A stretch of 64,000 nucleotides of DNA from Nitrospiria bacterium (GCA_945787655.1 CALZIJ010000009.1:3588-67587); one strand, 5' to 3'. Shown: positions 33,588-45,031, counted from the first letter of the stretch. The notes: generated by a model from the letters alone, not told the origin. A program made the numbers and translations.

Positions 33588-34892
33588 TTATGGAACGACT
33601 TGACGGACAATCACCCGATTTCGCCCTTTCTCTTTCGCTTGATAAACCGCCTGGTCTACGGTAGAGAACAAGGTAGAAAAATCACACCGAAAATCAAGGG
33701 GCAAGGCGGCGACCCCAAAACTCCCGGTTATTGGAATTTGACCAGGATTCAGGGTTTCAATCCTGGCCCGAATATGCTCTGCCTTTTCTATCGCCTTTGC
33801 TTCATCGCAATACGACATAATCACTAAAAATTCTTCACCACCAAATCGCACCGCAATATCCTCCTCTCTTAAAACTTGTTTTAAAAGGGCTCCGGTACTG
33901 GCCAAAACGAGGTCTCCTATTTCATGTCCGTGCTGGTCATTGATGGTCTTAAAATGATCCAAATCCATTAAAATCATACTCAAAGGGATTTTATGCCGAT
34001 AGGATTCGTTAATTTTTTTCGGCGCCACTTCCATCAAATAATGACGGTTATTGATTTTCGTGAGCGGATCGGTCATCGCCATTTCCATCAATTGTTCTTG
34101 CTGAACCTGAACCTGATCCATTAACTTTTTATTGGCAACCAGATTTCTGACCCGTGCAATCAATTCCTCGTCCACGACAGGTTTTGAAACATAGTCATTC
34201 ACCCCTGCTCGAAATAACTCGATACGCCGTGCCACATCATCAAGACCCGTCAGTGCCAATATGGGCAGGGATGCCCACTGACTGCCCTTGTTGCGCAATA
34301 CACGTGTAAAGGCAATTCCACTCATTCCTTCTCTTAACATCACATCAGTGACAACCAATTCATATTGATTGGATTCCAGGGCTTTGAGCGCTTCTTCCGC
34401 CTGCGTGAAATGATGAACGCCAAGGCCCAGCCCTTCCAACACATGCATGGTTTTTTTTGCAACAACAAGACTGTCCTCTACATATAAAACCTGGCCCGAA
34501 ACTTTTTTCCCTCTCCGGACTTTTTCTGTAAATGTTTTTAGATAATCGGTTAGTTTATTAAATGCATCTTTGTGAAATAATTCAGTGACCCCGGCTGCGC
34601 TGGCTTTTTCCAGTACATCCTTATCCTCACTCGAGGTCATCATAAATGCAGGAAGATGCGCATGTTCCTTACGAAGACGTAATTCCTGACAAAAAGATTC
34701 CCCTGTCATGTCGGGTAAAAACATCGCAAAAATGACAACATCAAAATGAGCTTGGTCGAGAAGGTGAATTCCCTCCTTCCCGGTTTTTGAAAAGACGACG
34801 TTGTAGCCTAAACCTCCCAAGTGCATCGTCATCAACTGTTGATGCAAGGTAGACGGTTCAATGATCAGGGCAGTTAGTTTATCTGGAACCAT
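33588..34892 (-). CDS. REC(degenerate)-REC-GGDEF diguanylate cyclase (PleD-like architecture)
   Basis: 434 aa. REC1 lacks the acidic pocket (IIEPS) and the phospho-acceptor Asp (DVVIFAMFLPDMTG). REC2 is canonical (YVEDS, VVTDVML, ALTG, SKP). C-terminal RFGGEEF. Confidence 0.85.
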   Translation of the reverse strand: MVPDKLTALIIEPSTLHQQLMTMHLGGLGYNVVFSKTGKEGIHLLDQAHFDVVIFAMFLPDMTGESFCQELRLRKEHAHLPAFMMTSSEDKDVLEKASAAGVTELFHKDAFNKLTDYLKTFTEKVRRGKKVSGQVLYVEDSLVVAKKTMHVLEGLGLGVHHFTQAEEALKALESNQYELVVTDVMLREGMSGIAFTRVLRNKGSQWASLPILALTGLDDVARRIELFRAGVNDYVSKPVVDEELIARVRNLVANKKLMDQVQVQQEQLMEMAMTDPLTKINNRHYLMEVAPKKINESYRHKIPLSMILMDLDHFKTINDQHGHEIGDLVLASTGALLKQVLREEDIAVRFGGEEFLVIMSYCDEAKAIEKAEHIRARIETLNPGQIPITGSFGVAALPLDFRCDFSTLFSTVDQAVYQAKEKGRNRVIVRQVVP

Positions 34893-35032
34893 ATCTGCCG
34901 TAAACCCAATTCACGGTTTATAAAAATATTGACCTTTTTCCTGCCCTAAGTATAACAGTTCTCTCGATCAAGGCTGTCGTCCCCACGGCTTGTCTGAATG
35001 TATGGAATTGAATAAAAAGAAACGCTAAATAT

Positions 35033-35635
35033 TTAAAGGCCGGGGTCTTGGTCCCCGGTTTCTATTTGAGGGGATAATTCTTTGAGCGGGAGCATTGGTG
35101 ATTCTTCTTCAGCCAACTCCTGAAATTCCTTCATAGTCGGCAATGCGGATAAATCAGACAAGCCTAAATATTTTAAAAAAGTACGTGTCGTCCCGTACAA
35201 CATCGGGCGGCCCGGAACCTCTTTTCGGCCCACAATCTTGACGAGTTTTCGATCGAGCAAGGTTTTCAGAACCCCTGCCGCATCCACACCCCGAATCATT
35301 TCGATTTCAGCGCGTGTTACCGGTTGTTTATAGGCAATAATTGCAAGGGTTTCAAGGCCGGGTTTGGAAAGACGGGCGGCCGCACGGGTACGCTCCATTT
35401 CCTTAATCCAGGGGGCAAGATCACTTCGAGTGACAAACTGATATCCCCCAGCCACTTTGACCAAATGGAAGCCGCGGTTGGATAACATAAATTCCTGCTC
35501 CAATTGATCCAACAGGGCACTGATCCTTGCTTTATCCACTCCGTCAAAAACACCGTGTAAACGATCCAGGGTAATGGGTTCAGAAGAGACAAAGAGCAAA
35601 GCCTCAAGAATGGGTTTTATTTCATGATCTTCCAA
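35033..35635 (-). CDS. scpB: Segregation and condensation protein B
   Basis: ILEALLFVSSEPITLDRL, AGGYQFVT, IAYKQPVTRAEIEMIRGV. Confidence 0.9.
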   Translation of the reverse strand: MEDHEIKPILEALLFVSSEPITLDRLHGVFDGVDKARISALLDQLEQEFMLSNRGFHLVKVAGGYQFVTRSDLAPWIKEMERTRAAARLSKPGLETLAIIAYKQPVTRAEIEMIRGVDAAGVLKTLLDRKLVKIVGRKEVPGRPMLYGTTRTFLKYLGLSDLSALPTMKEFQELAEEESPMLPLKELSPQIETGDQDPGL

Positions 35636-36356
35636 AGTTTTCCGTTTTGATTAAACGAAGCGGACCAAAAAGATCCGGCTGTACCACCCGAACGAGTCCA
35701 AGCCGGGTGACTTCAAGTAAGGCGAGAAAAGTCACAATAATCGCATGACGTGTAACGGATGTCATAAAAAGCGCCTCAAACAACATGCTGTCAGCGGCCT
35801 CCATCTCCTCTAAAATAAATTGCATCTTTTCTTTAACCGTTAAGGTTTCTGTCGTCACTTGCATGACCACGGGATCAGGCCTGGTTTTTAAAAGATCATT
35901 TAATGCAGACATCAAATCATAGAGGTTCAGGTCCGCGATGGGCACTTCTTCAGGTAATAGTTCCGGAGTAGGGGTCTCGCCCCTGGGAAAAATATCTCGC
36001 CAAAGGGCTTCCCTCTCTTCCATCACCTCCGAAACATCCTTAAAACGTTGATACTCCAACAATCGTTCCACCAGATCTGTCCGTGGATCTTCATCTTCTT
36101 CATCCACGGTTTCCGGAACCGGCAGCAGCATTTTTGATTTTATGTGGATCAGAGTCGCCGCCATCACAAGAAATTCCCCAGCAATGGAGAGGTTCAGGGA
36201 TTGCATCAAATCCAGCGTTTGAAGATACTGCTCCGTGATGAGTGAGATCGGAATATCATAGATATCAATCTCGTTCTTTTTAATAAGATGAAGAAGGAGT
36301 TCAAGCGGACCTTCAAATGTTTCCAACTTCACTTCGTAGGGAATTTCGACGTACAT
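35622..36356 (-). CDS. scpA: Segregation and condensation protein A
   Basis: FEGPLELLLHLIKKNEIDIYDIPISLITEQYL. 14-nt overlap with scpB. Confidence 0.9.
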   Translation of the reverse strand: MYVEIPYEVKLETFEGPLELLLHLIKKNEIDIYDIPISLITEQYLQTLDLMQSLNLSIAGEFLVMAATLIHIKSKMLLPVPETVDEEDEDPRTDLVERLLEYQRFKDVSEVMEEREALWRDIFPRGETPTPELLPEEVPIADLNLYDLMSALNDLLKTRPDPVVMQVTTETLTVKEKMQFILEEMEAADSMLFEALFMTSVTRHAIIVTFLALLEVTRLGLVRVVQPDLFGPLRLIKTENFGRS

Positions 36357-36510
36357 TCACCTTCCTGTACAGTGAGAAATATGCTTTTCTATATAACAGT
36401 ATCAAAGGAGAAGAATCAAGGCAAAAAACAAGGTGTAGTGGATTCCACTGACTTGCAACTCAATATAGTGGGTTTTGTTAGAAATAAAACCAGGATAAAA
36501 ATAATGAAAA

Positions 36511-37035
36511 CTAGATTAAGCCGGCGAGCAGCCCCTTGGCGTATTCAAGATCAGACTCCCGAACGACCATCCTGACCCCGCCGGGAACCGGAGAAGCGCC
36601 TGGGCCAAAAATACCGATGTCTTCAGACTGAATAAGATAAGGAATTTCAGCCTGCCTTAATATTTCTCCAACCATTTCTGCTTCAAGCCGGGAAGAAAAA
36701 AGGTGCAGTGTGACAAAACTAAAGGGCTCTTCCTGATCTGCATCTTTTCGGGGCAAGCGAGGCTTCTTCCCTTTGTTTAAATCAGATTTTTGGTATCGGC
36801 GGCGCGCATTTTTAAAATCGATTACATTTTCGAACCCTTCTTCTGACTGAAGGAGACCAGGGTCATCTGTTTTTTCGGATTCGAGTTGGACCGAAGCATT
36901 GATGGGCGTCAACACCATCCGTCCATCTGAATGCACATTGCAAAGGTACTGCTCAACCTCATTCGGAAGGAGCTCTTTTGGAAAGACAATTTTATCCTGA
37001 TCCACCGATAAAATAAACCGTTTTTCAGATGACAT
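36511..37035 (-). CDS. Hypothetical protein with C-terminal DUF2007-like (putative signal-transducing) domain
   Basis: 174 aa. The C-terminal FVTLHLFSSRLEAEMVGEILRQAEIPYLIQSED...VRMVVRESDLEYAKGLL resembles DUF2007. The N-terminal half is unassigned. Confidence 0.45.
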   Translation of the reverse strand: MSSEKRFILSVDQDKIVFPKELLPNEVEQYLCNVHSDGRMVLTPINASVQLESEKTDDPGLLQSEEGFENVIDFKNARRRYQKSDLNKGKKPRLPRKDADQEEPFSFVTLHLFSSRLEAEMVGEILRQAEIPYLIQSEDIGIFGPGASPVPGGVRMVVRESDLEYAKGLLAGLI

Positions 37036-37064
37036 AAGCTTCCTTTACGACCAATCGGCTGAGT

Positions 37065-37964
37065 CTATCGTTCTCTTTTCTGTCTGTCAAGACGGTCTTC
37101 CTGGCCCACGCTTCGCCCCGACTTGATAAAAGTACCATTGCGAAATTCCTGAAGCGCCGTTTGAATCTCCGCCTGCGAATTCATCACCATCGGGCCATAC
37201 CAGGCAACAGGTTCCTTTATCGGCTTTCCCGATATTAAAAGGAAACGGACCGCAGCATCACTTGTCCTGATTTTTACAGTATCCCCCTCACCAAAAAGAA
37301 GGACTTCTTCACAGGAACCCATATGTTCTTCTTCACCAAAAAATGCCTCTCCACTCACCACATAAGCAAAAACGGTATGACCAGACGGCACATCATATTC
37401 ATAAGTGGTCTGGGCCAAAACTGAAAAATCGAGATACTGCGGGTCGGTGACAATATCCCTGACTGGCCCTTTGGCTTCAAGCACTTGTCCGCATATGACC
37501 TTGACCGTCACCCCCGCTTTCGGAGTCACCACCGGCACATCCTTGGCCAAAACTTCCTGGTAACGAGGCGGCATCATTTTAGAAGCGGCCGGCAGATTGG
37601 CCCAAAGCTGAAATCCCCACAAACCCGATTTGGATTCCTTCGGCATTTCTTCATGAATAATACCACTCCCGGCTGTCATCCACTGGATATCCCCTGCTTG
37701 GATCACTCCCCGATTACCCATACTGTCCTGGTGTTCAACTGCCCCCTGTAACATGTATGTGATGGTTTCAATGCCCCGGTGCGGATGCATCGGGAAACCC
37801 GCCATATAATCTTCAGGGTTTTCTGAATGAAAATCATCCATTAACAAAAAAGGGTCAAACAGGGGGACTTCAGGGTTTCCAAAAACACGTTTCAAACGGA
37901 CCCCTGCGCCTTCAATCACCGGCTTGCTTTTCATGGTCTTTTTAATTTGACGAATTCTCTTCAT
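37065..37964 (-). CDS. Pirin-family (bicupin) protein
   Basis: VIEGAGVRLKRVFG, GFPMHPHRGIETITYMLQG, HQDSMGN, QWMTAGSGIIHEE. Start is ambiguous (ATG 37964 or 37934; the track's 38000 is a GTG). Confidence 0.85.
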   Translation of the reverse strand: MKRIRQIKKTMKSKPVIEGAGVRLKRVFGNPEVPLFDPFLLMDDFHSENPEDYMAGFPMHPHRGIETITYMLQGAVEHQDSMGNRGVIQAGDIQWMTAGSGIIHEEMPKESKSGLWGFQLWANLPAASKMMPPRYQEVLAKDVPVVTPKAGVTVKVICGQVLEAKGPVRDIVTDPQYLDFSVLAQTTYEYDVPSGHTVFAYVVSGEAFFGEEEHMGSCEEVLLFGEGDTVKIRTSDAAVRFLLISGKPIKEPVAWYGPMVMNSQAEIQTALQEFRNGTFIKSGRSVGQEDRLDRQKRER

Positions 37965-38114
37965 CCTGATCCTGTGAAAAGACCTGCGGACAGCCACCAC
38001 CCGTATCGGCGATTATCTCGGTCTTTTTTGATATCGAGAAAAGCGGGTTATCCGAATTCCCAGCGTCGTTTTATCTTAGCGAAGAGTGATGTATAAAAGC
38101 AATTTCAGGTCAAC

Positions 38115-39947
38115 CTAACCTTGGTCAGTTTTATTGGAAAGCCGACTTGCATCTCCGCCAAGCTGGATAACCGCTTTCCTGACCTCGCGAGCGGTTGTTG
38201 TGGACGGCAATGGTGCGCCAAAAGCGACAGAAACCCTTAAAAAAAGTTTGAGGGGCCAACCCCAAAACCGACCTTTCCGGGCGCTAAAAACACTGCCCCT
38301 GAGTCCTTCCAGGTATACCGGAATAATCGGCACATCAAGGTCTTTCACCATCCATTCAAACCCTTTTTTAAAAGGCAGCATTTCGCCCGTTTCACTAATG
38401 GCTCCTTCGGCAAATATACAGACCACGTGGCCTTCCAAAAGCGCTTGTCTTCCCTGTTGCATGGATGCAATTGCTGCTTCCCGTCCATTCCCTCCCACGG
38501 GAATCGCACGCATTACTTTCAAAAGCCAGCCAACCCCTTTAATCTTAAAAAATTCCCGGTACACGACGAAACGGATAAACCGCTGGACACAGGCTCCGAC
38601 CAGCAAGCCATCGATATAGGACACATGATTTCCAACCAGTAGGGCCGGTCCGCGAAACGGGACATGCTGCTGGCCTTTCATCCGTATTTTAAAAATCGTA
38701 TGGGTCAACATCCAGAGGGAAAAACGAATGAGGTACTGCGGCACAATTTTCATGACGTATGGCGTCATTGCAAGTGTAAATAGCCCTAATATCATAATAA
38801 TCTGGTCCGGTCCCAGAGACGCCACATCATGAAGAAGCCAAAGGAAGCCCGATGCGGAAAGAATTGCGACGGTCATCAGAAAATTGGAAGTTCCGATAAG
38901 TTTTCCGCGTTCCGCTGTGCCGCTCTTTTGTTGAAGCATGGCATACAGCGGAACACTAAAGATTCCCCCCGCTGTGCCCAGCAAAACCAGCACGAACGCG
39001 GTCTTGGCAAAAGAATTTCCTGATAAAGCCAGCATCACCGCAAAAAGCCCCATCCCGATGGAACCCAATGGGACAAGCCCCAGTTCAACCTTATCCCCTG
39101 AAAGACGACCGGCCAACAAACTGCCCAAACCCACGCCAATAGCAAGAAATGTCCCCAGTAAACTGATTGAAAATTCATCGAGCTGCATCACTTCGCTGCC
39201 AAAAAGCAAAAAATCCATCTGAAGGAATGATCCTAAAAAGGCAAAATAAGAGATCCCCATCACAGTCGACCACAGCATTTTATTCTGAGAAAGACGTTTC
39301 ACTCCGTGCCTGACTTCCGCCCAGGGATTCAGTTCAAAACGAGGATGGTTTTTTGGCGTCCCGACTGAACTAATCCCTAAACTTGCAGTATATCCCACAA
39401 GAGCGACCCCGATTAACACCCAGCCGACGGTGCCGAGAGACGCTTCCCAAATTGAAAACATCAACCCTCCTGCGGAAGTCCCAAGAATAATGGCGAAAAA
39501 CGTACTCATCTCCACCAGCCCATTCGCACGGGAGAGATCCTTATCCGTCAGCATTTCCGGCAAAATGCCGTATTTCGCCGTGCTAAAAAAAGTCGTCTGC
39601 AAGGCCATGAGAAACAATACGGCCAGCATCAGATTGATCTTGCCGATAACAAAAGTAAATAGAGCCAATATCATTGCCAAAAGCTCTAATGCTTTGGTCC
39701 AAATCAGGATGGTCCGTTTATTAAACCGGTCCGCCGCATATCCCGCATACCCGGAAAAAAAGAAAAACGGAACCATAAAAATCGCCCCGATCAGGGAGAT
39801 ATAGGCACCACTTGTGTCGGATTTGCTTTTAATCGCCAGCATTGAGATGACAATTTTAAAGACATTATCGTTAAATGCCCCCAAAAATTGCGTACACAGA
39901 AAAAATGAGAACCCTTTGTTTTTTAAAAGCTCAAGATATTGTTTCAT
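38115..39947 (-). CDS. Fusion of an MFS transporter (LplT-like) and a PlsC-type acyltransferase
   Basis: 610 aa. About 12 hydrophobic helices in the first 400 aa, then VGNHVSYIDG (HX4D acyltransferase motif) and FAEGAIS. Confidence 0.75.
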   Translation of the reverse strand: MKQYLELLKNKGFSFFLCTQFLGAFNDNVFKIVISMLAIKSKSDTSGAYISLIGAIFMVPFFFFSGYAGYAADRFNKRTILIWTKALELLAMILALFTFVIGKINLMLAVLFLMALQTTFFSTAKYGILPEMLTDKDLSRANGLVEMSTFFAIILGTSAGGLMFSIWEASLGTVGWVLIGVALVGYTASLGISSVGTPKNHPRFELNPWAEVRHGVKRLSQNKMLWSTVMGISYFAFLGSFLQMDFLLFGSEVMQLDEFSISLLGTFLAIGVGLGSLLAGRLSGDKVELGLVPLGSIGMGLFAVMLALSGNSFAKTAFVLVLLGTAGGIFSVPLYAMLQQKSGTAERGKLIGTSNFLMTVAILSASGFLWLLHDVASLGPDQIIMILGLFTLAMTPYVMKIVPQYLIRFSLWMLTHTIFKIRMKGQQHVPFRGPALLVGNHVSYIDGLLVGACVQRFIRFVVYREFFKIKGVGWLLKVMRAIPVGGNGREAAIASMQQGRQALLEGHVVCIFAEGAISETGEMLPFKKGFEWMVKDLDVPIIPVYLEGLRGSVFSARKGRFWGWPLKLFLRVSVAFGAPLPSTTTAREVRKAVIQLGGDASRLSNKTDQG

Positions 39948-40138
39948 TGTTCATACCGCATTCGACCAACCTATCTTGCAAAATCAAGGAAAATAAACAC
40001 AAGAAGGTAGGGTATTTTATAGATATCGATCCACTAAATCTATTTCTATTTTAAAAAAAATTGGGTTCTTCTCCCGTGTTTTCTCATTTGACATTCCCCC
40101 GGAACAAACTATAATAACGCCTTTATTCTATCTCTATC

Positions 40139-41851
40139 ATGGCAGGATTTATATTGAACCCGCATCAATCCACTCAAAAAAACATACTATTTCAGCTCTT
40201 GGAAGACGCGCTCCAACAATGCCGGAGTCAGGGCATCCTGACCGGCTCAAAAAAACCGAAAGTGACACTCGAAATTCCCAAGCACGACGGACAGGGCGAT
40301 TTTGCGACAACACTTGCACTCGCACTCGCCAAAATTGAAAAAAAACCACCACGTGAAATCGCGTCTGCCCTGATTTCAATTTTAGAAAATCAGAATTCCT
40401 GGATCGAAAAAATTGAAATTGCGGGACCAGGGTATATTAATTTTTTTCTGACCCAGGATTTCTGGCGCCAAACGCTGCTGTCTATTCACGAACAAAAATC
40501 CGGCTTTGGGAAAACTTCTGTCCCGACCAAAGAAAAAATTCTCATTGAGTTTGTCAGCGCCAATCCGACAGGGCCGCTTCACGTCGCAAGCGGCCGCGCA
40601 GCCGCGCTGGGCGACGCACTCACCCGCCTGCTTGAAGCCGTGGGACACCAGGTCGATCAGGAATACTATCTGAATGATATCGGAGCACAAATGAAACTCC
40701 TGGGCCGCTCAACCTATCTGCGTTACCGGGAGCTTTTTGGAGAAAAAATCACCTTGCCCGAAGGAAGCTATCAGGGTGACTATATTATCGAAATTGCTGA
40801 AGCCCTGAAACAAAAAGACGGTGATCGATACCTCAGCGGAACAGAAACATCACATCTCGATTTTTTTACACAATACAGCCTGAAAACCATTATCACCTGG
40901 ATAAAAACGGATTTGCACGACTTCGGCATCGATTTCAACACCTGGTTTTCTGAAAAAGACCTGCATAAAAATAACGAAGTGCCTGAGGTGCTGGAATTTT
41001 TAAAATCCAAAACTATGCTTTATGAAAAAGACGGCGCACAATGGGTCTCGACAACCCCGTTCGGAGATGATAAAGACCGGGTTGTCGTACGCAGCAACGG
41101 ACATAAAACCTATTTCGCCTCAGATATCGCCTATCATCGTAATAAATTTAAAAGAGGCTATGACCGCCTGATCGATATTTGGGGCGCGGATCATCATGGC
41201 TATGTGAACCGTATTAAAGCCGCCACAGAAGCCATGGGCTACGAATCTGGTCGTTTAACTATTTTAATTCATCAGCTGGTAAACCTGCTTCGGGACGGAA
41301 AACCGGTGAAGATGTCCAAACGGGCAGGCACCTTTGTTACCCTTCGGGAAATCATCGAAGAAGTCGGTGTGGATGCCACGCGCTTCTTTTTTTTAATGCG
41401 GCGTTCGGACACAGCACTGGATTTTGATCTGGAACTGGCGAAAAAAGCGACCAATGAAAACCCCGTGTTTTATGTGCAATACGCCCACGCGCGCCTTTGC
41501 AGCATATTACGTGTGGCCAAATCCCAGGGCTTCGATACAGCCGCCCTCATTAAAAATACAGATTTAAACACCCTGAAACCCTTGACCTTACCGGAAGAAA
41601 TGGCCGTTATCCGGGAATTATCACGTTATCCCGAATTAATACATTCGGCGGCGGACGCGCTGGAGCCGCATCGTTTGACCTTTTATTTGCAAAATCTGTC
41701 TGGCCTGCTGCATCGTTATTATTTTAGCTGCCGGGTGATCACCGAAGATGAACTCCTGACCCATGCCCGGCTGGTCCTGATCACCGCCATCCGTATTGTG
41801 CTTCAAAACGGACTCCAAATTTTAGGCATCAGTGCCCCGGAAGAAATGTAA
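40139..41851 (+). CDS. argS: Arginine--tRNA ligase
   Basis: [14 protein letters not shown] (HIGH-type), KMSKRAG, C-terminal anticodon-binding domain ending ...APEEM. Confidence 0.95.
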   Translation: MAGFILNPHQSTQKNILFQLLEDALQQCRSQGILTGSKKPKVTLEIPKHDGQGDFATTLALALAKIEKKPPREIASALISILENQNSWIEKIEIAGPGYINFFLTQDFWRQTLLSIHEQKSGFGKTSVPTKEKILIEFVSANPTGPLHVASGRAAALGDALTRLLEAVGHQVDQEYYLNDIGAQMKLLGRSTYLRYRELFGEKITLPEGSYQGDYIIEIAEALKQKDGDRYLSGTETSHLDFFTQYSLKTIITWIKTDLHDFGIDFNTWFSEKDLHKNNEVPEVLEFLKSKTMLYEKDGAQWVSTTPFGDDKDRVVVRSNGHKTYFASDIAYHRNKFKRGYDRLIDIWGADHHGYVNRIKAATEAMGYESGRLTILIHQLVNLLRDGKPVKMSKRAGTFVTLREIIEEVGVDATRFFFLMRRSDTALDFDLELAKKATNENPVFYVQYAHARLCSILRVAKSQGFDTAALIKNTDLNTLKPLTLPEEMAVIRELSRYPELIHSAADALEPHRLTFYLQNLSGLLHRYYFSCRVITEDELLTHARLVLITAIRIVLQNGLQILGISAPEEM

Positions 41852-41874
41852 GCGAAGATACCTCCCATTTTCAA

Positions 41875-42972
41875 GTGTTATCAGAGGACAAAAACCAGCT
41901 TGCCCGTCGAGGACGCTTGCGGACTGTGCATGGCACGGTTGAAACACCGGCCTTTATGAGCGTGGGAACCGCCGGCACGGTCAAAGGCATGACTCCGGCC
42001 GACCTCGAAGACCTGGGCGCCCAGATCATCCTGTGCAATGCCTACCATCTTTACCTAAGGCCCGGACACGATTTTATAAAAAAACGGGGCGGGCTCCACC
42101 CCTTTATGGCCTGGAACAAACCGATACTCACCGACAGCGGCGGGTATCAGGTCTTCAGTCTGAATGCCCTGTCCAAAATTACAGAAGAGGGCGTCGAGTT
42201 TCAATCTCACATCGACGGATCGCGACACTTTGTCAGCCCGGAAAAAGCGATCGAGATCGAAGCTGCGCTGGGGGCCGACATCATTATGGCTTTTGATGAA
42301 TGTCTGGAGTATCCCGCAACTCGCGAGAGAGCCGAAGCCTCATTGAACCGGACCCTCCGATGGGCCGACCGTTCAATGTCTGCCCATCATCGTGAAGACC
42401 AGTTTTTATATGGTATCATTCAAGGAGGATGTTATCCCGACCTCAGGAAACAGGGACTTGAAGGGCTGCTTCATTTGGATTTTGATGGCTTGGCCGTCGG
42501 CGGACTTTCTGTCGGGGAGCCTCAGGAAGAAATGCTCAAGGTGCTCGAACACATTGTACCCTTAATCCCAAAGGACAAACCCCGTTATCTGATGGGCGTT
42601 GGCACGCCTTCTGACTTGGTCGAGGCCGTCTCTCGCGGCATCGACCTGTTCGACTGCGTTCTTCCCACCCGGCATGCCCGAACAGGCATTCTTTTCACAT
42701 CCCGCGGGGATCTCCATATTAAAAACGCACGTTTTAAAGACGATGATCTGCCGCTTGATCCCGACTGCCGCTGTTATACCTGCACTCACTTTTCACGAGC
42801 CTACCTGCGTCACCTGTTTTTGTCCAAAGAGTTGTTGGCCATGCGCTTGAATACCTTGCACAATTTATATTATTATCTGTCGCTAATGTCTGGGCTTCGG
42901 AAAGCCATTGAGCAACATTCACTCGATCAATTCCGTCACCGTTTTCAACACAACCGGGCGATAGGCATCTGA
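41875..42972 (+). CDS. tgt: Queuine tRNA-ribosyltransferase
   Basis: [35 protein letters not shown], zinc site CRCYTC...H. GTG start per track. Confidence 0.93.
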   Translation: MLSEDKNQLARRGRLRTVHGTVETPAFMSVGTAGTVKGMTPADLEDLGAQIILCNAYHLYLRPGHDFIKKRGGLHPFMAWNKPILTDSGGYQVFSLNALSKITEEGVEFQSHIDGSRHFVSPEKAIEIEAALGADIIMAFDECLEYPATRERAEASLNRTLRWADRSMSAHHREDQFLYGIIQGGCYPDLRKQGLEGLLHLDFDGLAVGGLSVGEPQEEMLKVLEHIVPLIPKDKPRYLMGVGTPSDLVEAVSRGIDLFDCVLPTRHARTGILFTSRGDLHIKNARFKDDDLPLDPDCRCYTCTHFSRAYLRHLFLSKELLAMRLNTLHNLYYYLSLMSGLRKAIEQHSLDQFRHRFQHNRAIGI

Positions 42973-43020
42973 TTTTAAACAAGGCGTATTCAAAATAGGC
43001 TGAGAGCTAAGGAGGTTGTT

Positions 43021-43359
43021 TTGTTTGGATTTTTAGTTTCAAATTCATGGGCACAGTCAGGAGGCGGAGCCGCATCGGCCCCTGCTTTAAACCCCATTGT
43101 TTCATTCATGCCGTTCATTTTGATTTTTATTGTGTTTTACTTCCTCCTCATTAAACCCCAGCAAAAAAAAGCAAAAGAACGGCAGGCCATGGTCGAAGCG
43201 CTGAAAAAAGGGGATAAAGTGATCACTAGTGGCGGACTTATAGGCACGATCACCAATTTGGGCCCCAAGATTATTACGATTCAAATTGCTGAAGGGGTTC
43301 GTGTAAAGGTCATTCGGGCCAATATTGAAGAATTAAAAGAAGACGGTACAGACAAGTAG
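43021..43359 (+). CDS. yajC: Preprotein translocase subunit YajC
   Basis: TTG start 5 nt after AAGGAGG. FILIFIVFYFLLIKPQQKKAKE...LKKGDKVITSGGLIGTI. Confidence 0.9.
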   Translation: MFGFLVSNSWAQSGGGAASAPALNPIVSFMPFILIFIVFYFLLIKPQQKKAKERQAMVEALKKGDKVITSGGLIGTITNLGPKIITIQIAEGVRVKVIRANIEELKEDGTDK

Positions 43360-43371
43360 GAGCAACACACC

Positions 43372-45006
43372 ATGAAAAAGGGCATTAAAGGCAGACTCAT
43401 CACAATCGCTGTGTTTCTCTTCATCGCGATTATGTTTCTATTGCCGTCAACTCCCATTTATTCCATTCTGCCGGATTGGTGGGGCAAGGTCTTTCCCGAT
43501 AAAGGGGTCTCACTCGGCCTTGATTTAAGGGGCGGCATGCACCTGGTGCTTGAAGTCGAAGTTGAAAAAGCGGTCGACAACAGTATTGAGCGCAGCGCGA
43601 CGTCTTTGGAGACCGCTTTAAAAGAAAAAGAACTGGATAATTTTACAGTCACCCGCGAAGGCCGTCTCATCCACCTTACCTTTCCGGCGGACCAGACAGA
43701 AACCGTCCGGACGATCCTGGACGAAGACTTTGTCAACCTCGTCACCCAGGAAGAAGGGGGTGGCAAAAAAGTGCTCACGCTGCGGGAATCTGAAAAAAAC
43801 CGCATTCTGACCACCTCCACCTTACAGGCGCTGGAAACCATTCGAAACCGCGTCGACGAATTTGGGGTAGCAGAACCCCTGATTCAAAAACAGGGAGAAA
43901 ATCAGATTCTGATCCAGCTGCCTGGCATTGATGACCCTGACCGGGCCATGGAACTCATTGGAAAGACTGCCATACTGGAATTTAAGCTCTTAGACGAAAC
44001 GCATGCTATCCTCAACGAATTTCCCGGCCGGATCGAGCCCGGCATGGAAACCGAATTAATCAACAACTTCAAAGACCGCATCGGTGAAGGCAATGAAATT
44101 CTCTTTCAGAGGACCAATAATGAAGAAACCGGTGAAAACTACAAAATTCCCTTTCTCGTAAAAAAAGGGACCGTCATGGCGGGAGACCTTTTGACCGATG
44201 CCCGCGTGTCTATCGGAGAATTTAACGACCCTTATGTTTCCATCACTTTTAATGGAGAAGGGGCGCGACTCTTTGAAAAGGTCACCGGCGAAAACGTAAA
44301 CCGACGACTTGCGATTGTGCTGGATGACAATGTTTACTCCGCGCCCAATATCAATGAAAAAATTTCTGGCGGGCGAGCCCAAATCAGTGGCAGTTTCACA
44401 CACCAGGAAGCCAGTGACCTGGCGATTATCCTTCGTGCAGGGTCTCTGCCCGCACCGGTTAAAGTCCTGCAAAATGTCACGGTCGGCCCTTCTCTTGGTA
44501 GTGATTCCATACGGAAAGGCTGGATGGCCGGCTTCATTAGCGCCAGCATGGTCGTAGGATTTATGATTATGTATTACCGTCTTTCCGGCCTGCTCGCGGT
44601 CATGGCGATGACCATTAATGTTATCCTGCTTGTGGGGGCACTGGCCACATTAAACGCCACGCTTACGCTTCCTGGTATCGCCGGCATTATCCTGTCCATA
44701 GGGATGGCCGTCGATGCCAATGTTTTGATTCTGGAGCGCATCCGTGAGGAGCTTCGTGCGGGTCGGCCGGTCCGTTTGGCCATTGATGCCGGTTATGAAA
44801 AGGCGTTCACCTCTATTTTTGACTCCAATGTCACCACTTTGATCACAGCGATTGCGCTTTTTATGTTTGGAACAGGGCCGGTTCGGGGATTTGCCGTCAC
44901 CCTTGGCTTGGGAATCACCATTAACCTGTTTACCGCCCTTGTCGCCACGAAAGTGGTTTATGATTATTTAAATGGCAGAAAACGCCTGGAAACATTGAGT
45001 GTCTGA
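43372..45006 (+). CDS. secD: Protein translocase subunit SecD
   Basis: 544 aa. LGLDLRGGMHLVLEV, large periplasmic domain, C-terminal six helices with GIAGIILSIGMAVDANVLI. Confidence 0.95.
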   Translation: MKKGIKGRLITIAVFLFIAIMFLLPSTPIYSILPDWWGKVFPDKGVSLGLDLRGGMHLVLEVEVEKAVDNSIERSATSLETALKEKELDNFTVTREGRLIHLTFPADQTETVRTILDEDFVNLVTQEEGGGKKVLTLRESEKNRILTTSTLQALETIRNRVDEFGVAEPLIQKQGENQILIQLPGIDDPDRAMELIGKTAILEFKLLDETHAILNEFPGRIEPGMETELINNFKDRIGEGNEILFQRTNNEETGENYKIPFLVKKGTVMAGDLLTDARVSIGEFNDPYVSITFNGEGARLFEKVTGENVNRRLAIVLDDNVYSAPNINEKISGGRAQISGSFTHQEASDLAIILRAGSLPAPVKVLQNVTVGPSLGSDSIRKGWMAGFISASMVVGFMIMYYRLSGLLAVMAMTINVILLVGALATLNATLTLPGIAGIILSIGMAVDANVLILERIREELRAGRPVRLAIDAGYEKAFTSIFDSNVTTLITAIALFMFGTGPVRGFAVTLGLGITINLFTALVATKVVYDYLNGRKRLETLSV

Positions 45007-45031
45007 ACACCTTCTGTGAAAAAGGAACATC

